Source: Raillietiella orientalis
Lineage: Eukaryota
Length of the DNA: 64,000 bases
Direction: 5' to 3'
Assembly (NCBI GenBank): GCA_036172245.1
Contig: JAYWIR010000019.1
Span: 2,232,001-2,296,000, forward strand
This document shows positions 34,701 to 49,000 of the stretch, piece by piece. Each line of letters starts with the position of its first letter. Position 1 is the stretch's first letter. The notes beneath the pieces are model-generated. The model did no database searches, had not been told where the DNA came from, and worked only from the letters and a program-made list of their open reading frames with translations. The translations under genes were made by a program, and so were the position numbers.

Positions 34701-37700
34701 CAACCCAGCACTTCCATTGTGGGAAGAGGCTGCCCCGAGGGCAGTCTCTCGCTGCTGAAGCAGGAAAACTTCGCATCTGATCGGGTCGAGTCTTTTTTTT
34801 TTTTTTTTATGCGGAGATCCCAAAGAGCGAGAGGTGCTGCTAGCGCGCGTTCGTTCAGATACCTTCCAGAGTGCTGTTCCTCGACGAATTGCACTTTACT
34901 GTGCTGCAGCAGGGGTCATCCGGGTGAGGAACCACACGGCATTCCGGATCGCTGGTGGTCGAGTTGGCTGGGAAATCACAACGAGGCTGCAAACACACCA
35001 AGGCGCAGCCGGTGCAAGGCGAGTGGCGTTAGAGCGATGGCGGAAGCTCACCTGGCACTCTATCTCCCCGCTGCTGACGCACTTGCACTTGTACTCGCAC
35101 CCGTCGAAGAATTCCTCGCCTGGAACGTAGGCCTGGTTGCGGTTATGGCAGCGGTTGTTGTCTGAAACTTCTTGTTCGCGTTGCCCTCCGCCGAAAGCAC
35201 GACCCCAGGCCCTTACTTTTCCTGCATCCATGCACCAGATCCTCGGGATCCCCGACGAAGTCCTTGAGGCACTTGCACACCCCGATCTGCACGGTGGGAA
35301 CGCCCGATCCAGGAACGCTTTCCAGCTCGCACCTCGCGTTGTTTCCACACGCCGTGATTTCACAAGGATCTGAAGCGGGAAATGAGCAAAGTTTGCGAGG
35401 TGAAGACCCGGCGGCTCTCTCCAGCTTTCCCCCCTTGCGCCAAGTCGGCCACGGAGATTAGAGCCTGTGGCCAAAGGCCCGATTCACTTGATCTTCACGT
35501 GACTTAGCCGCTTAAGTGTCATCGCGGTGATGTTCTCCAGAGCTCGGAAGAGCCCTGCGATACCCGTTCGCGGCTACTCTTATCTCTCAGTTCATTCAGA
35601 ATCCGAGCTTCTCTTCTCTCCCGGCTATTTTTTGTATTTTAGGCGAGACGGTCACGACATTCAGGAGGAGCAAAAACTTCCAGGGAACCGTTCGTGCATG
35701 CGGTCTTTTTTTCTTGTTTGTCTGTTTGCTCTGCTCCCATGTTTGGAAACTGCACACGTGCTGAAGACACGAAAGACCCTGTCAGCAAGAGGCACAGGGG
35801 AACAAAACTGTCCGTTCCCGAAAAAACGAATCCTGCGTCCTTTTACCCACCACCACCTGATGAGAATTGCGCTCCTGAGATCGGCGCAGAAGATTTAACA
35901 CTTGGAATGCACGTATCCATCCAGGTGACGAGAGCTTCCACGCCAATCTTGAGCGGGAAGATGGGAACAACGAGTGTTGCCATGACAAGTCCTCCCGGCT
36001 CCCGTTCAGGATCATCGGAAATCGAAGGAAAAAGAAGATGAAGCTATTGTTTAGCATCCACTTTTCGTTGGACCTTCCAAGAAGACGTGCCATGCCACGC
36101 CATAACTGCAGTAATGCGCTTCACTGAGAATAGGTGTCTCATGCCTCACTTCCTCAATCGCTCAAGACCAAGGATAGCATTCACTCTATGCGCGACAGCC
36201 TGAGAGGACACCTGGGATTGATTTCAAGAACTAAGGTCTGATCAGGCACCTCACAAACCTTCAAGAGCTCGGACGATGAACCTTTATGGGACTAATGATT
36301 TTCCAGGTACACGCATGGAAACGCAAAACCTCATCGCAGCCATAAAGATGTCTCGTCGAGTACATTTTCCAAAGCGACAAAGAATGAACCATTTCAGCAC
36401 AACGCGTGCACTGGCGAGGGAGAAGGTAGAAATGATGAGTGATAAGCAAAGAGGCAGCTTCACCGGAAAGCGTGGTGCCTGCAAACAAAGCTCGAAGCTA
36501 AAGAAGGTGGAAAGCCAGAGTTCTTGTAAAGAGAACAACTCGAGAGGTCAAAAGTGTTGCTCGATCTGCAAAGCCTGCAGAGCTGGTACCATTCCTAATA
36601 GGGATCGTCCAGAGGAACCCCATGCACCTTGCAAACTTACGCTGCATTCCACCGCCACAATCGTATAACTTGAGCCTCAAAAAGAGCTACAGCGAAACTT
36701 CATGCAGACAGAAAAATCGTGAGCCGAGAGGAGAAGGAAAAGTCCGGCCTACGGCTTCCGAGTGAAACCGCTCTGACAAGTCTTTTCTGCAGTTGTTTCC
36801 CTCGTGTTCCCAGTTGCGTTTCGCTTAGGAGGTCCGAAAGGTACGGCGGAACCACACTGCAATGGTTACGTCACCATTCCAGATCTCGGAGAACACCCGC
36901 ATGCGCAATGTGCAAGGGAGAGAGAAGATCACGAATAAATCGAAACAGCAGTGCGTATCTGACAAGAACAGCGGCATGATGGAACAATTATTACACGCAG
37001 TACAGAATGCCCAGGGTGTCACCGGAGACACGAAACAGTTCGAGGACAGCCTCGTGCTTCCTTCCAAAAAGAGCACTTTCGTGTTATTTGTTGTGCTAAG
37101 AAATAGAATGCTTAGAATTATTCTTTCAATCAGGTCACGTAAGCAAATATCCACGGAACTAAAAAAAAAAAAAAAAGAAAAAAAGAAAAGAAATTGGCCA
37201 CTTATGTTACTCTGCAATTAGCTGGCTTACACGGAACAGCACGGCATTTTTGTACGAAATGACCAGTCGTACAGGAGTTGCATCCGTTTTCTATATTCAG
37301 GCTTCCTGAAGTATTTTTAAGGACAATCTAAGAACACTGGGCGCTGGATTTCCGTCTACACGAATTATCATTCGGGGGGGGGGGGTATTAATACTTATTA
37401 GTAAGGAACGTCAGAAGTTCAAATAGACCTTCTCGTCCGATTCCACTCTTTGAATCTCAAGTGTCCCGGTGTTATTCATTTATTAAAGAAGAGAAAAAGA
37501 AAAACACTTCGAAAGTTGCGATTAGGTGGATTTGCTTTCCGGAAGTGCTCGACTCTTCCGAAAATCTGAAATCTGGAAGGGGCGTACGGATGGCTGCAGC
37601 GCTTGCAACACACCCGAAGACCACTTAACTCTGCCACGAAGTTTCCACTAGACAAGTTTGCAACACACACTTCTCACCGAAGACGTCATAAAACTCTGTG

Positions 37701-40700
37701 CATACGCTGCCTGTTGAATTAATTTTTGATCCCATTTTGCTCCGTAACAACAGCAACAACGAAAAAGGCATTGAAGGATGGAGGCCAACAGCCCACATTC
37801 GTTGGAATATGTGGGCATCCACGGCACACCACAGTTATGATTATCACATTTCAATTAGGTGATGATTACTGATTGCTATGCTGCCTAGCTAAGCATACCA
37901 ATGGTATCACACGTATCACTCCACCACATGTCATGAGTTATACCCATCACAAAGAATTGCAAGATATCGAAACCAAAGTGGAAAGCTCCTGTACATACAC
38001 ACATAAACGTGGATGATGGTGGCAGTTGTAGGACGTTGCCCACACTCTTTTTGATCGATCCATTCACCAAAAGACCGTTAAGCGAAACGCATGATTCGCC
38101 TCGCATTTTGCACACAATTTAAGTTCCGTTTAATGAAAGGAAAGGATTCTACAGGGAATCGATCTGGGAATCGCTTGGTGAAGGGATCAAAAAAATACAG
38201 GGTTTGTTCTCCTGCATCTTACCAGCTGTATCCAAAACTGTAGATGTGTTATTGCATGACAGCGTGACACAGCAACCCTCAGCGTCGACACTGATTAAAT
38301 TGCAAGGCAGATCCTTTTCAAGAGTACTTTTTTGTCTGAATGGAGGCACACAACGTTCCACACACGTTACTCTTCCCTGCTCTTGGCAATTGCACCTATT
38401 TTCGCAACCAAGAAATATCTCTTCTCCGATTCCGTAGCTTGTTCCATTTTCGAAGCATCCATCTGAAATACACAAAGATCCCTTAGAGAACTCCTGAGTT
38501 CAGTTCAAATCAAGGAACAGTTAGGCATCTTCTGATAACTCAAGCGATCAACACTCCGCGCGCGAAAGCGTACCTACCTGGCGAAGTACTTGGCGTTATA
38601 ACGGCTGGGGAATGAAAAAATTCAAAGGCAAGGATGTCGCCTGTTTAAAATGTGGCGAACAACCCTCTCAATGCAAAAAGAAGAGAAAAAATACCGGTTT
38701 CTGAGACTTTTTTTTTTTTTTCTAAACCTAAATTTGGGGAATTTATTGTCTTCCCCTTGAATGCCGACATTTTCCAGATACGCAAGACGCAACTTTATGT
38801 GCACCAGGAACACACGCGCCTGGCATCATAGGTCGTTTTTCCGTTACCTACATGACCCCAAGTCCGCAAACCAACCTACTGACAACCTTCAATTTGCCGA
38901 CGGTTGTTTACGGTGAAGGGGTTGTGCGTACGTCGCAATGTGTTAACTCTAAATTCGAGATACGCTATCATCTTTCACTGAAAGTCATCTCTTTTTTTTC
39001 CTCTGCATCCACCTTTGCTGCATGTCACACATCGCCTTGCTTGATGACAGAAAGAAAAGACTAATGAGATGGTGAGATGAAGGCGATGAAGATTCATCGC
39101 AAGCAGATGAGCTTTCAGAGATTCTCGAAGAGAATCATTGACCGTGGCGATTCACATCCAAAAGCCAGAGCAACAGAAACCGTAACTGCCATGAATATTC
39201 GCCAAACTACTACGCCACGAGACTTGATGCTGCGGAAGGTACAATTCTAAAATAGTTTCATCCTTTCGCTAAGATTTAGGAACGACAATGACTAGAGTCA
39301 GCAAGTTAAGAAAAAATTCGAAAGCGCATTGAAAACAGTAACTCTTCAAGTCCCTCTCCAAAAATCCAATGTCTCATTAACAATGTCAGCGCAAATCCGT
39401 TATCAATGACCGGCTTAACAAAACTTAGGACACAACTGAGCGGAGCATTTCTTAAATAACGGGACCAATTTCAGGTTATCTTGTCAAGATGAAGAATGAA
39501 GAAATGGGAGCGTCATGGGGACCTGCGAAAGAGCAAAGAACAGAAGCTAACGAAAGCGGAACTCATTCGAAACGAAGTGTTGAATAAGCGGAGGAATAAC
39601 AAGGTTCCCAAGATCTTCCGACGACCAACAGATACCGCAAACTGCTTCGGTTATCAACCTCCCATTTCCAACGAAAACTCTCCCCCCAAATTTCCAAAAT
39701 ATCCACTCTGCTTTGCAGACACATCTTCGAAAGGATCCTTATCAGCACCGTGTACTTGCTTGCGCCCAAATCGATAGAGATCCCTTCTCAACGTGGTCTG
39801 CAAATCCACTGGTGAACCTACCAGTTTTGGATCGTGAAATAGGGGCTCTGACAGCATTCTCTCTTCAGCACATCCACAGAATCATCCTGGAGTTTACTTT
39901 TATCAGAAACGTTAGGGAACAAAACCCACGCGATTCAGCTCAGAATTCAGCCTCTGTCAGTTGTCGAAAATATTGATGTGGAGCAAAACACCGTGGAAGA
40001 ATTCCATCGGCAACTAGCCGAAACAAGGAATTTAAATTGAGGGAAAGCAAACTCCAGTGCAAGAAAAAATGATGGTGCCTTATTCTTATTTTAAACTTTT
40101 TCAAAGCCTCCGTATCATCAGGTAGGCGTCACTTTCTTTAAGACTGTGCTATTTTAGGAGGGTACGGTGATTTCAAATAACGGAGCTGCATCAGGTCAAC
40201 AACTGTGCTGAGTCACCCTCAATCACATACTAAGGTGAACTTTAACACAAGAACAAGAATTAATGGAGAACGGAAGAAGGAATTTGGATTGCCGTGATTT
40301 GAGAGAAAGCTTAAAATACGAAGGTGCGAACACATGAATGACACGGGTACACGGAAAGATGAAGAGACATTTTGGGCACCTAACTCTTTCCTAGCCATCA
40401 AGCCTTTGCCACGGTCATACGAAAAATTCTTTTCAGCGTTACCAGCCAAGTCCGGACTAAAAGAACGTTAACACAATGGCTCAGGAAGTGAATTCACGTT
40501 ATGCTCATATACCAGCATAGATAGCCCCCCCAGCCCAGCAGCGCTCTTTCTTGCAGCTCCATCATCAAAGTCTCAGCTCCTTTCATGACTTCCAGACAAA
40601 TGTTTTACTTTACGGTACCACCTCAAAGCGTATTCTGTTCCTTCTTAAAAACTCTTTTGTTATGCAAAACCGAGGAAATGCAGTAATGTACTCCACAAAT

Positions 40701-43700
40701 GTAAAGACCAGGTTGATAAAGAGTAGTTCAAACGGACGGATGAGGTTTCTTCTGCAGCAATAGTTAAAACTGCAGCTCAAATTTCCCGATGCGAGAAAAA
40801 AAAAAAAAAACCGATTTTTGGGGGCTCAGGGGCTGATCTGGAGCCCATAAACCTGACCACGGACACAAACGAACCCAGAAATATCGGATGCGCCGCGTTG
40901 AAAGCCTGAGATGCAAAACTTTTTTTCGCCTCCTAGATGCATATTTATCTGTCATGTGACCGCATGTAAACAGCAAAGGAAATCGACTCTAAAAGGCTCA
41001 GACTTCGATCTGCCACTTCTTAATATACGTGCGACACAAGATGGCACGAATGACCGCACTTTCGGGTTCCAAGCTCGTCCCGGTTGCCATGCCGATGCGG
41101 CTTGCGCATCAGCAGTTGCTCTGCGTTCGTTTGGACAGGAAATTCCCGCCGAGCCTGTCGAAATGCTGTTCCCAGCCTCCTTGCGAAGTACCGGGCAAAT
41201 TCGCGCCTTTCCACACAACTGCGAAGGAAAACGGAAAAGCGTGTGTACATATTCGTGTACACTTCGATTCGGTTCCGCCACGCTGTGAAGGAAACTGGAG
41301 AACGAGCCAGGCACTGGGAGATCACCAGAACAAAGTCTCGATCATCAACAGGAACGGCATGGTGGCCTTATGATTCCTACAGGACAATCATCGGATTGAC
41401 AAGGTCGTGCGTGTGAGGTAGCTTTTCCCATGTGTGGAACACACCAACACAACCTCCGCGACATGACAGTGCGAACACTAATGCATCGTAGCGACGCATA
41501 GCCGTGCTGTTCGATAACGTATGCTACACTACACATTGGGGAACGCAAACCGCACTCCTGAAAACATCCCAACTAATCACATGTGTTTTTAATTACACAA
41601 AACGTTGTGTTGTAGGACATTGAAAAAAAAAATGAAATTCACTCTCGGTGATCCATCGTACATGAATGTACGATGCATCACCGAGAGTGAATCGATTCCA
41701 TTCAATGGACTCTGAATCACATGTTGGGAGCACACATGCGGTTGTAAAAAGTTGGCTCGTGCTTTCTGGTGCGATTCCGAACGTTCTTTCGTTAATTCTT
41801 TGCAGACATACACACACATATCAAAGCAACCGGTGAAACCCTGAAAACCCCTAGCGCTCAAACGATCCTTAAAATTCGACAAGGCACACCGTGAACGGAA
41901 TTCGGGCGTCACTTTCCAAACCCTTTACACATTCCACTCATTGGCAAGAACTCAGGTCAACGAACGGGTCAGGCATACAGGCGCATTCACCAAGGTCATT
42001 GAATCAGGAGGAGGCAGTATCGTAGGATCACTTGGTCCTGATTTACTGCGCCCTTCCAGCATTGTCCTCTGATGGGATGGTTTTAGCCACCGGCAAGAAG
42101 CGCTACTTGATGCTGACGAGACCCCTTCATGAGCCAAAACTCCAAGTATGCATTTTGAGCCTCAAAGCTGGTCGTTTCCACAGGGGAGGGGGAGGAGGGG
42201 GCCACATGGGTGCTTTAGACGACGCTTAAACAATCGTCCGTCACAAAAGTTCCACTCGGTTGGCCTCCTGTCGGTCTCGCACAGGCATCGACCTTGCTCG
42301 GGAAGTTTGCTTTGGAAGGAATGCATGTGATCTTCCTATGGGGCACGAAGAAAGCTACTGAGCGAGAGACGGATTGTATTTGTTGGTTGTCGCCTTGCCG
42401 CACAAACCACCACACCGGGACGCGGCAACCCTACACTGTCTTGAAACGCCGGCCGTGACCTTCCTGGACCGATTAAACTCCGGTTCGTTTACGCTCAGCA
42501 GTCACGCAGCTTTTATTCCTGACCCTCAATATGGTCCCCAGTAGTGAACACATAGCACAAGGGAATCCGTACTGGGGCGAGATTGCCAGCGCACAGCGAA
42601 GCGACGTACGTGCGAGGGGGGTGTCCGTGCAGCATAACCCCATGGCCGAAAGCCTACAACAGCGCCAAAGGACGTCGTCCGTAACTTCAGGCGGACACAA
42701 GCGTAGAGTGTAGGAAAGCAGGCAGAACTCCCCTGGAGCTCTCGAGCACACAAACCCTCATCGCCTAACAGACGTGACGACACCTGGCTTAATTTTGGGG
42801 AAAGTCCCGGTTCGCGCCAGCAGAAGAACCGTGTTCGCCATTTTCCGGTAGAAAAGCGAAGAGAGGCTGCCGACTGACCCACAACTCGCCGATCTTAGCA
42901 TCGACCGCCAGGGAGTGATGGTAGCTGTCTCCGGAAAGGTGGGGGAGGCGGAAGAGTCGGTTGCGTTTCGCGTCTTCCGACAGATTTGAGAGGGTCAGTG
43001 CTGCCTCGCTGGAAGGCGGCGAAACGCGACCGCTGCAAAAAGCGTACCAAGCGAGAGCACGGCTCCAGACAGAGAAGAAGCAGCTGCGGAGGAAAAGATT
43101 TTGGCTCCTCCTTACCTTCAGTCGATGCGAGCACGATTTCAGTAGATAAATCTGAACGTTTTTTGTCAAAATAATCCACAATCGATGCTTTCACTTCGTA
43201 TTCCGTTCTTGGGAGCAGACCTACCAAGGTAACCATAGGCTTTCTACCTTGTACCTCTTTTTGCAACCAATCAGCATTTGATCCCGCCACTCGATACTCG
43301 ATGACGTAAATGTGCTTATTTGAAGTAAAGCTGAAATCATCCCAAGCAAGAGTCAGGGTGTTGTGAGCCCTGTTTGTTACAATGAGCTTGGGGGGCGCTT
43401 CCGACTCAGAGGAGCTTGAAGCAGAAGCTGGAAACAGAGAGATGTTAAACACATATCCATTGGCGCCATCGTGAAAGAAGGAATGAAAACTCCATCTGGG
43501 TACCAAGACGGCTTACCTTCGTTCGTTTCACAAGTTCGGACGTAGCAACACGCTGGATCTCTTGGATCCCGGGTATCTGTACAATTCTTTCCGATTTCTT
43601 CCATCGGTCCACATCTTTCTGAGCAATTCACAACACCGTCAAACACACACTGGCATTTCTCATCACAGCCAACAAAGTAAACATCTCCTTTTGCATAAGA

Positions 43701-45999
43701 GATCTTTTGATCGGGCACGTAGCATCCCTCTGTAAATGGGAGCATCCATTAAATTTAGGATCCGTGAATCATTCGCATGGAGGAATTCGCAAGCGCAGTG
43801 GACCTCGCGACGGACAAGATGGACCTCTTTCAGTTTCTATCGCACGCACCCAATCAGTCAGTGAGCAAATGAAGAGAAAAACTAAATGGGGCGGGAGACG
43901 AGAGAAGGAAAAAATTCATTCGCTTGTACTGCGCTCCGTACGCGGCACCGACTGCGTACACAGTTTATTTCCTTTAATCAACAAATCACAACCTCATGCT
44001 ACAAACCCTTGATCTTCAGATTCAGTACAAGCTGACTACCTGTTCCAACATAAACTGCTCCCTACCCTTCAAAGACAAACTGTTCCACTGTGCCCTTTAC
44101 TGTGTACTCCCGATCTACGAACACAGAATCAATCGATCCGCCTTGAAACACTCGTTTTGTCCTATGTGTGTCCTGGACCACATCTTGTGCGTTAGGATCT
44201 TAAAGTGGCCAGAAAATGCGAGCAGCGCTCACTTGGATTCGTGTTAAAGAGTGCGACCAGCTTTAGCCTCAAACCCTCTAGACTTGATGCCAACCAATGG
44301 TGCATGCTGATGTCTAACCCGCCGAGAAAATCACCGGCAACTGCATTTCCCTCTGGTCCTTGTTCATACCCCGCTATGGGTGCCAATCGATCTACTTCGA
44401 CCGAGAACGCAATCATCTTCGCAAGCCTGACCACCAAAACTGAAATTCTCCTGAAGGCTTGCCCAATGCGCACTCGGCACGGAGGAGGGCGACTCGTTAC
44501 GAAACTTCCCGTAAGAAGAAACAATAGTTCCAGCAGCGCCTCTGACTCTGCACCAGCTGGCTGCTTGCTCGCCTTTCTTTCGTGATTGCATGTGCTCACA
44601 TCGGTGTCGAAACACTTCCAGCACCCTCCACTGTTTGAAGCACCAGAGACTTCGGAACACTGGTGAAAATGGCTCTCCAGTCCACAGCAAGCGGAATTCA
44701 TAGGTGCCTCGAAAAACTTCCGTTCGCTGTCGTAGAGAAAAAACACACTGATGTGGACGGACAGTTGTCGAGGTGCTTCAAGGTATGAACGTTGCCAAAG
44801 GTGGCAGAGTTTGCAAGGCAGAAAAGCCGAGGCGGTGCTACTCCTCGATTTCTCGAAATCTTCATTGAAGACAGGTTGCAAATGCAGCTTCCAAGTCACC
44901 GTCTTTCAATGTAGCCTCTCGCAAACTTTTATCCAATTATGCTTCACGAAATGCAATTTGGTGCTGGTTCCTTCCTCGTCCAGCATCCCCTCCCCGCCAC
45001 CTCGAGAATTTTCTTCCGTTTACAAGTTTGGAGCTTCGATGTTCTTTCACACGTTTGAGTGTTTTGGGCTGTACTTTCTCGTTCTCTCTTGGTACCTTCG
45101 TTCGTTTCGATCCAAGACTTTGAGGGTCCATCAATCTCAAAAGATCAGTCCCCCAGGTATTAACGATCTTGCTGTTGTTATGGAACGGAGGCTTCCAATA
45201 TGCAATAATCAAGCTACTCTAAAAACTGGTACCAGAATCCTAACACCTCATACGTCCTTTGAATGTGAGACAAAATACTGACTGATTTCGTTGTAAAGGG
45301 AATGTTTCCTTTCTCCCAATCGTCAGTGTACAATGCAGTTCAGTCCGCAATGCTTGAAGACGATCACGTGCCCTTTACCACGATCAGCAGTTCACATCAA
45401 TACTTTCACGTTCATTTAAAACATCGAATCCTGGTCTATTGTAGATTTGAATAGATCTATAAATTCATCGGGAACGCACAGCGAAATCCTTACGAGAGAC
45501 ACTTATTGTTCCTTATATGTGCGTTGTACAAACAAGATGCACATGCTCTTGTTCTATACGTCGGTATCGCCATTAGCACCGAAATCTGTTTTAAGTCCAA
45601 GATGATCTCTCCCAAAGGGATAATGCCAGAAAATTAGAAATGTATACATGCGGTATACTTCATGCATCTCATTTTCTATTATGGTGCTACGACCTCTTGC
45701 CAAACCATATGCCAAAACAATGCTTTAAATCAATGAAGGTTTAAGTTTCGTGTCTCTCGCTGTCTGGGGGGTAGGCAAAAACATCGATGTACAGACCTGA
45801 CCAAGCACGTGGATTCTGTTTATTAAGTGAAATGTGAAAACTTTAGATGCGAGCAAGGTATATGAAAAGGTACGGCAGACACATTGCTAACTGAGAGGGT
45901 TACATATTTCTTTCTAGTTTTTGTTGTTGTTGTTGTTTCCTTTTCTTTCAGCAACTTCTTGATTACATCTTTTCAAGAGCAGGTAGGCATATACATATG

Positions 46000-46047
<48 letters not shown>

Positions 46048-49000
46048 CATATGCATAGAGAAAGACCCGTTCACTTGAGCGTTAGCATACTTGCAATGCA
46101 AGCAGACGTCAAACAAATCAGACACGCATTTTATGAATTCGTCACAGAATTTGTCATGAATACAGAATGCATACATTCCTGTTTAAAACCAGGATTCACA
46201 CACAGACACATTCATCGACCCCTTCCGCGTTAGGGTGCGGCTGGTCACACAGAAGGCGAAAACTGAGGTTTCGAAACCCTCTTCGTATTCACAGGCACGA
46301 ACAGCTCTATAAGTCTAAATTGATTTCAGTGGGCACCTCGACGTAGCAGAGGGATTCGCCGAAAGGTGACTCATCAGTTTACGAATTCACAGGAATGGTT
46401 GCACAAGTACAAACACACAACATTCGCAAAACCTCGGATTCATCGCCAAGGCATCCCCCCCACATGACCACCAGCCGACTCTTACCGTTGGTTGAAACAA
46501 TTTCTGAGAAATTACTGCCATCACTCCCATTCCATCTGACTAGATACTGAGTTTGTGGTTTCAGTCCAGTAACTCGCAGCTCGAAGTCCTCTTGCATCTG
46601 ATGGATTTGGTCTCCTTCTTCATCATTCGATCCGTTGAGGGGGAGCACTTGAACGGATCCTTTCAGGGCAGGCACAAGGACAGTAGTAGAATTGTGAGTT
46701 ACATTCAGGACTACAAGATGGTCAGCTTCGATCTGCAAAGGTGAATCGTGCATGTGCTCTGTAGTATTGTTCACGGGCGGGAAATAAGAAACATTGGTAT
46801 CTGAGATTTCTTCTGATGAAAGAGTGACAGAGCTGTTGGGATCCATCTCTCTAAACGACGGTGAAGAATATGACAGCATGGATGAAGAAAACGGAGCGTC
46901 GAACGTCTTCTTGGACTCTTCGTTGTTCAAAAATTCTGAAAAGAACAACGTTGATGTATTTTTATCCTTGGCTTTGGAGATTCGACAGTGACGCGAAGTC
47001 AGTAAAACAGATTTAGAGCCTACAGCACACCGAATTACGAAGATTCGAATCCGGTTTGACAGGAAGAAAGACCAGATGCTCAAGAGTTACATTGTCTCCT
47101 TTCGGTGAGCACATCAGAAAGCGGGAGATTGATGTTCGATAACCTTAGTCCCTCCCCTGTATTTCTTTTAGGGAGTTACACCCAAAACCCACAAGTGATT
47201 GCAGGTCATCCTTTCACGCACATCTATAATAATTATGATTGCATTTTCCCTTCAGCACAAGATGACCTGGAAGGTCCACTTTTGTCTCTCAGAGGAGCAA
47301 TAAACAATACGATCATGCACTGAAATCATTCTGAAAACCTGAAACGCTGATTTCAAATGGCAGAAGTGATCTACCGAATCGCACAAATAAACAGAAGAAG
47401 ATCGAGTCATTTCACTTTCGAGCAGCATGACAAAAAGCGGCAACCGTGTGCATTTCTTACAGTCGCCAGGCACGCTGTTGGAGTGTGCGAGCTCAAGGGT
47501 GCATGGCCGTTTGCTTCGTACAGAAGTAAATAGACCTAAAAAAGGAAACCGTACTCAGTTCCGGGAGTCCAAAAACCACTTTCACTGAATTGGAAGCTCT
47601 TGAATCCAATGCGAAAACTGAGAAACTCAGCAAGAATTGACAGTGGTTCCGAATGGAATGCTGGCGTACTACCAACCCTGCATTCAGTACACTATTCTCT
47701 GATATGAACTGCGATAAAACGTGGATATCGTATTTCGAGGAAGAAACACGAAGGCGGCGCTCTTTCACGTATGCTCAAGTCATCCTTCCGGGGAACACAG
47801 AAACTTTTTTCCGCTTTCCACGTGTTCTCACGAAGCACGGCAACAACACGAAGACGGTTCGTTGTGTGCAGTTAACTACCTGACTTCAGAAAATTAACTT
47901 CGACCTATAAATTAAGGAAAGCCCATCCCCGGGAAAAGCTGCTCCTACGACTTCGCTTTGGAGGAAAGCGACCACTACGAAATAAGAGAATAAAGTGGGA
48001 CGTCTTTCCACAGGTTTTCTAATGCTCTCTCCATTTCCCCCCCCCCCTCTATTACTGCTGATTATATTTTTGATCACTCTCGTGGAGTCCACAGCTTGCA
48101 TTTGATAGACATGGCCACGTCGATCGACTTCCTTTATCATCATCACACAAACGTGACACATGCTTGGAACATCTTGCCAGATTTCTTTCTGCGTTTTGTG
48201 CTGCGCATCACTGAAGATTCCTGGTTTGGGACATTTAAAGTTCTTGAGGCCTGCTCAGCTTCAGTGGACAAACCTTTGATACTCTATTCAACCTCACTAA
48301 TAGATTTGGCCTTTCTCTGGACTTTTAGGTTACCTCTGCTTTTACCACTTCCGATTAACACTAACGCAATGACTGCCACATATGGGAAAACATTCGAAGG
48401 AAACAAATTTTAAAAAACAAATTTTGAAAAACTGCTGAAACAAGACGGCATGTACCTTGCAAATCTGCATAAAGGTCACAAGCAAAAAACGCCCCTGAAT
48501 CATGATGACCGCCTATAAGATCCACAGCAGGATTTAAAAAATAAAGTGTGAACTTCCGCCATCTGCATTCAGCTACTTGTTTGTACGAAATTTTGTTTAC
48601 ATGGAATTTTCGGATTCCTCTAATTGTCAAGGAAAATCGCATTCTCTTTCTAAAAACAAGTTCAGTGGATCTGTTTCCGGTCTCATGTTGTCCAAATACC
48701 GACCTTGTTCCTCGGAAACGAAAATACAGGGAAAAACTTCGCGGGTCAAATATGCTGAAAATTCTGTTGCTAGTCGCCAACATCGGGTAAAGCAATAAAG
48801 CAAGATAAAGTATGGGTGTTGAGATATAACGGCGAGATATCGAAAAGAACAAGCATGCCTAAGCAGCACAGCCATAATGGCACGATCTCTGGTACGCAAG
48901 GCAGCATGCTGCACATGGCAACCAGCTGCTTGCACGGAATCGAACTTACTTGTCTTTGCGAACTTTTTTTTTTTTTTTTTTCTACAGATCAAGATCACTT

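Noticed and set aside
34620..34754. Extra sas exon after a good-looking acceptor (cttcag/cagcag)
   Set aside because: The required phase-1 frame hits TGA after about 19 codons with no compatible donor
35860..36090. GPCR TM2-like fragment (NNSFIFF / LVMATLVVPIFPLK...TW)
   Set aside because: Diagnostic LAxxD motif absent and frameshifts needed; left unassigned
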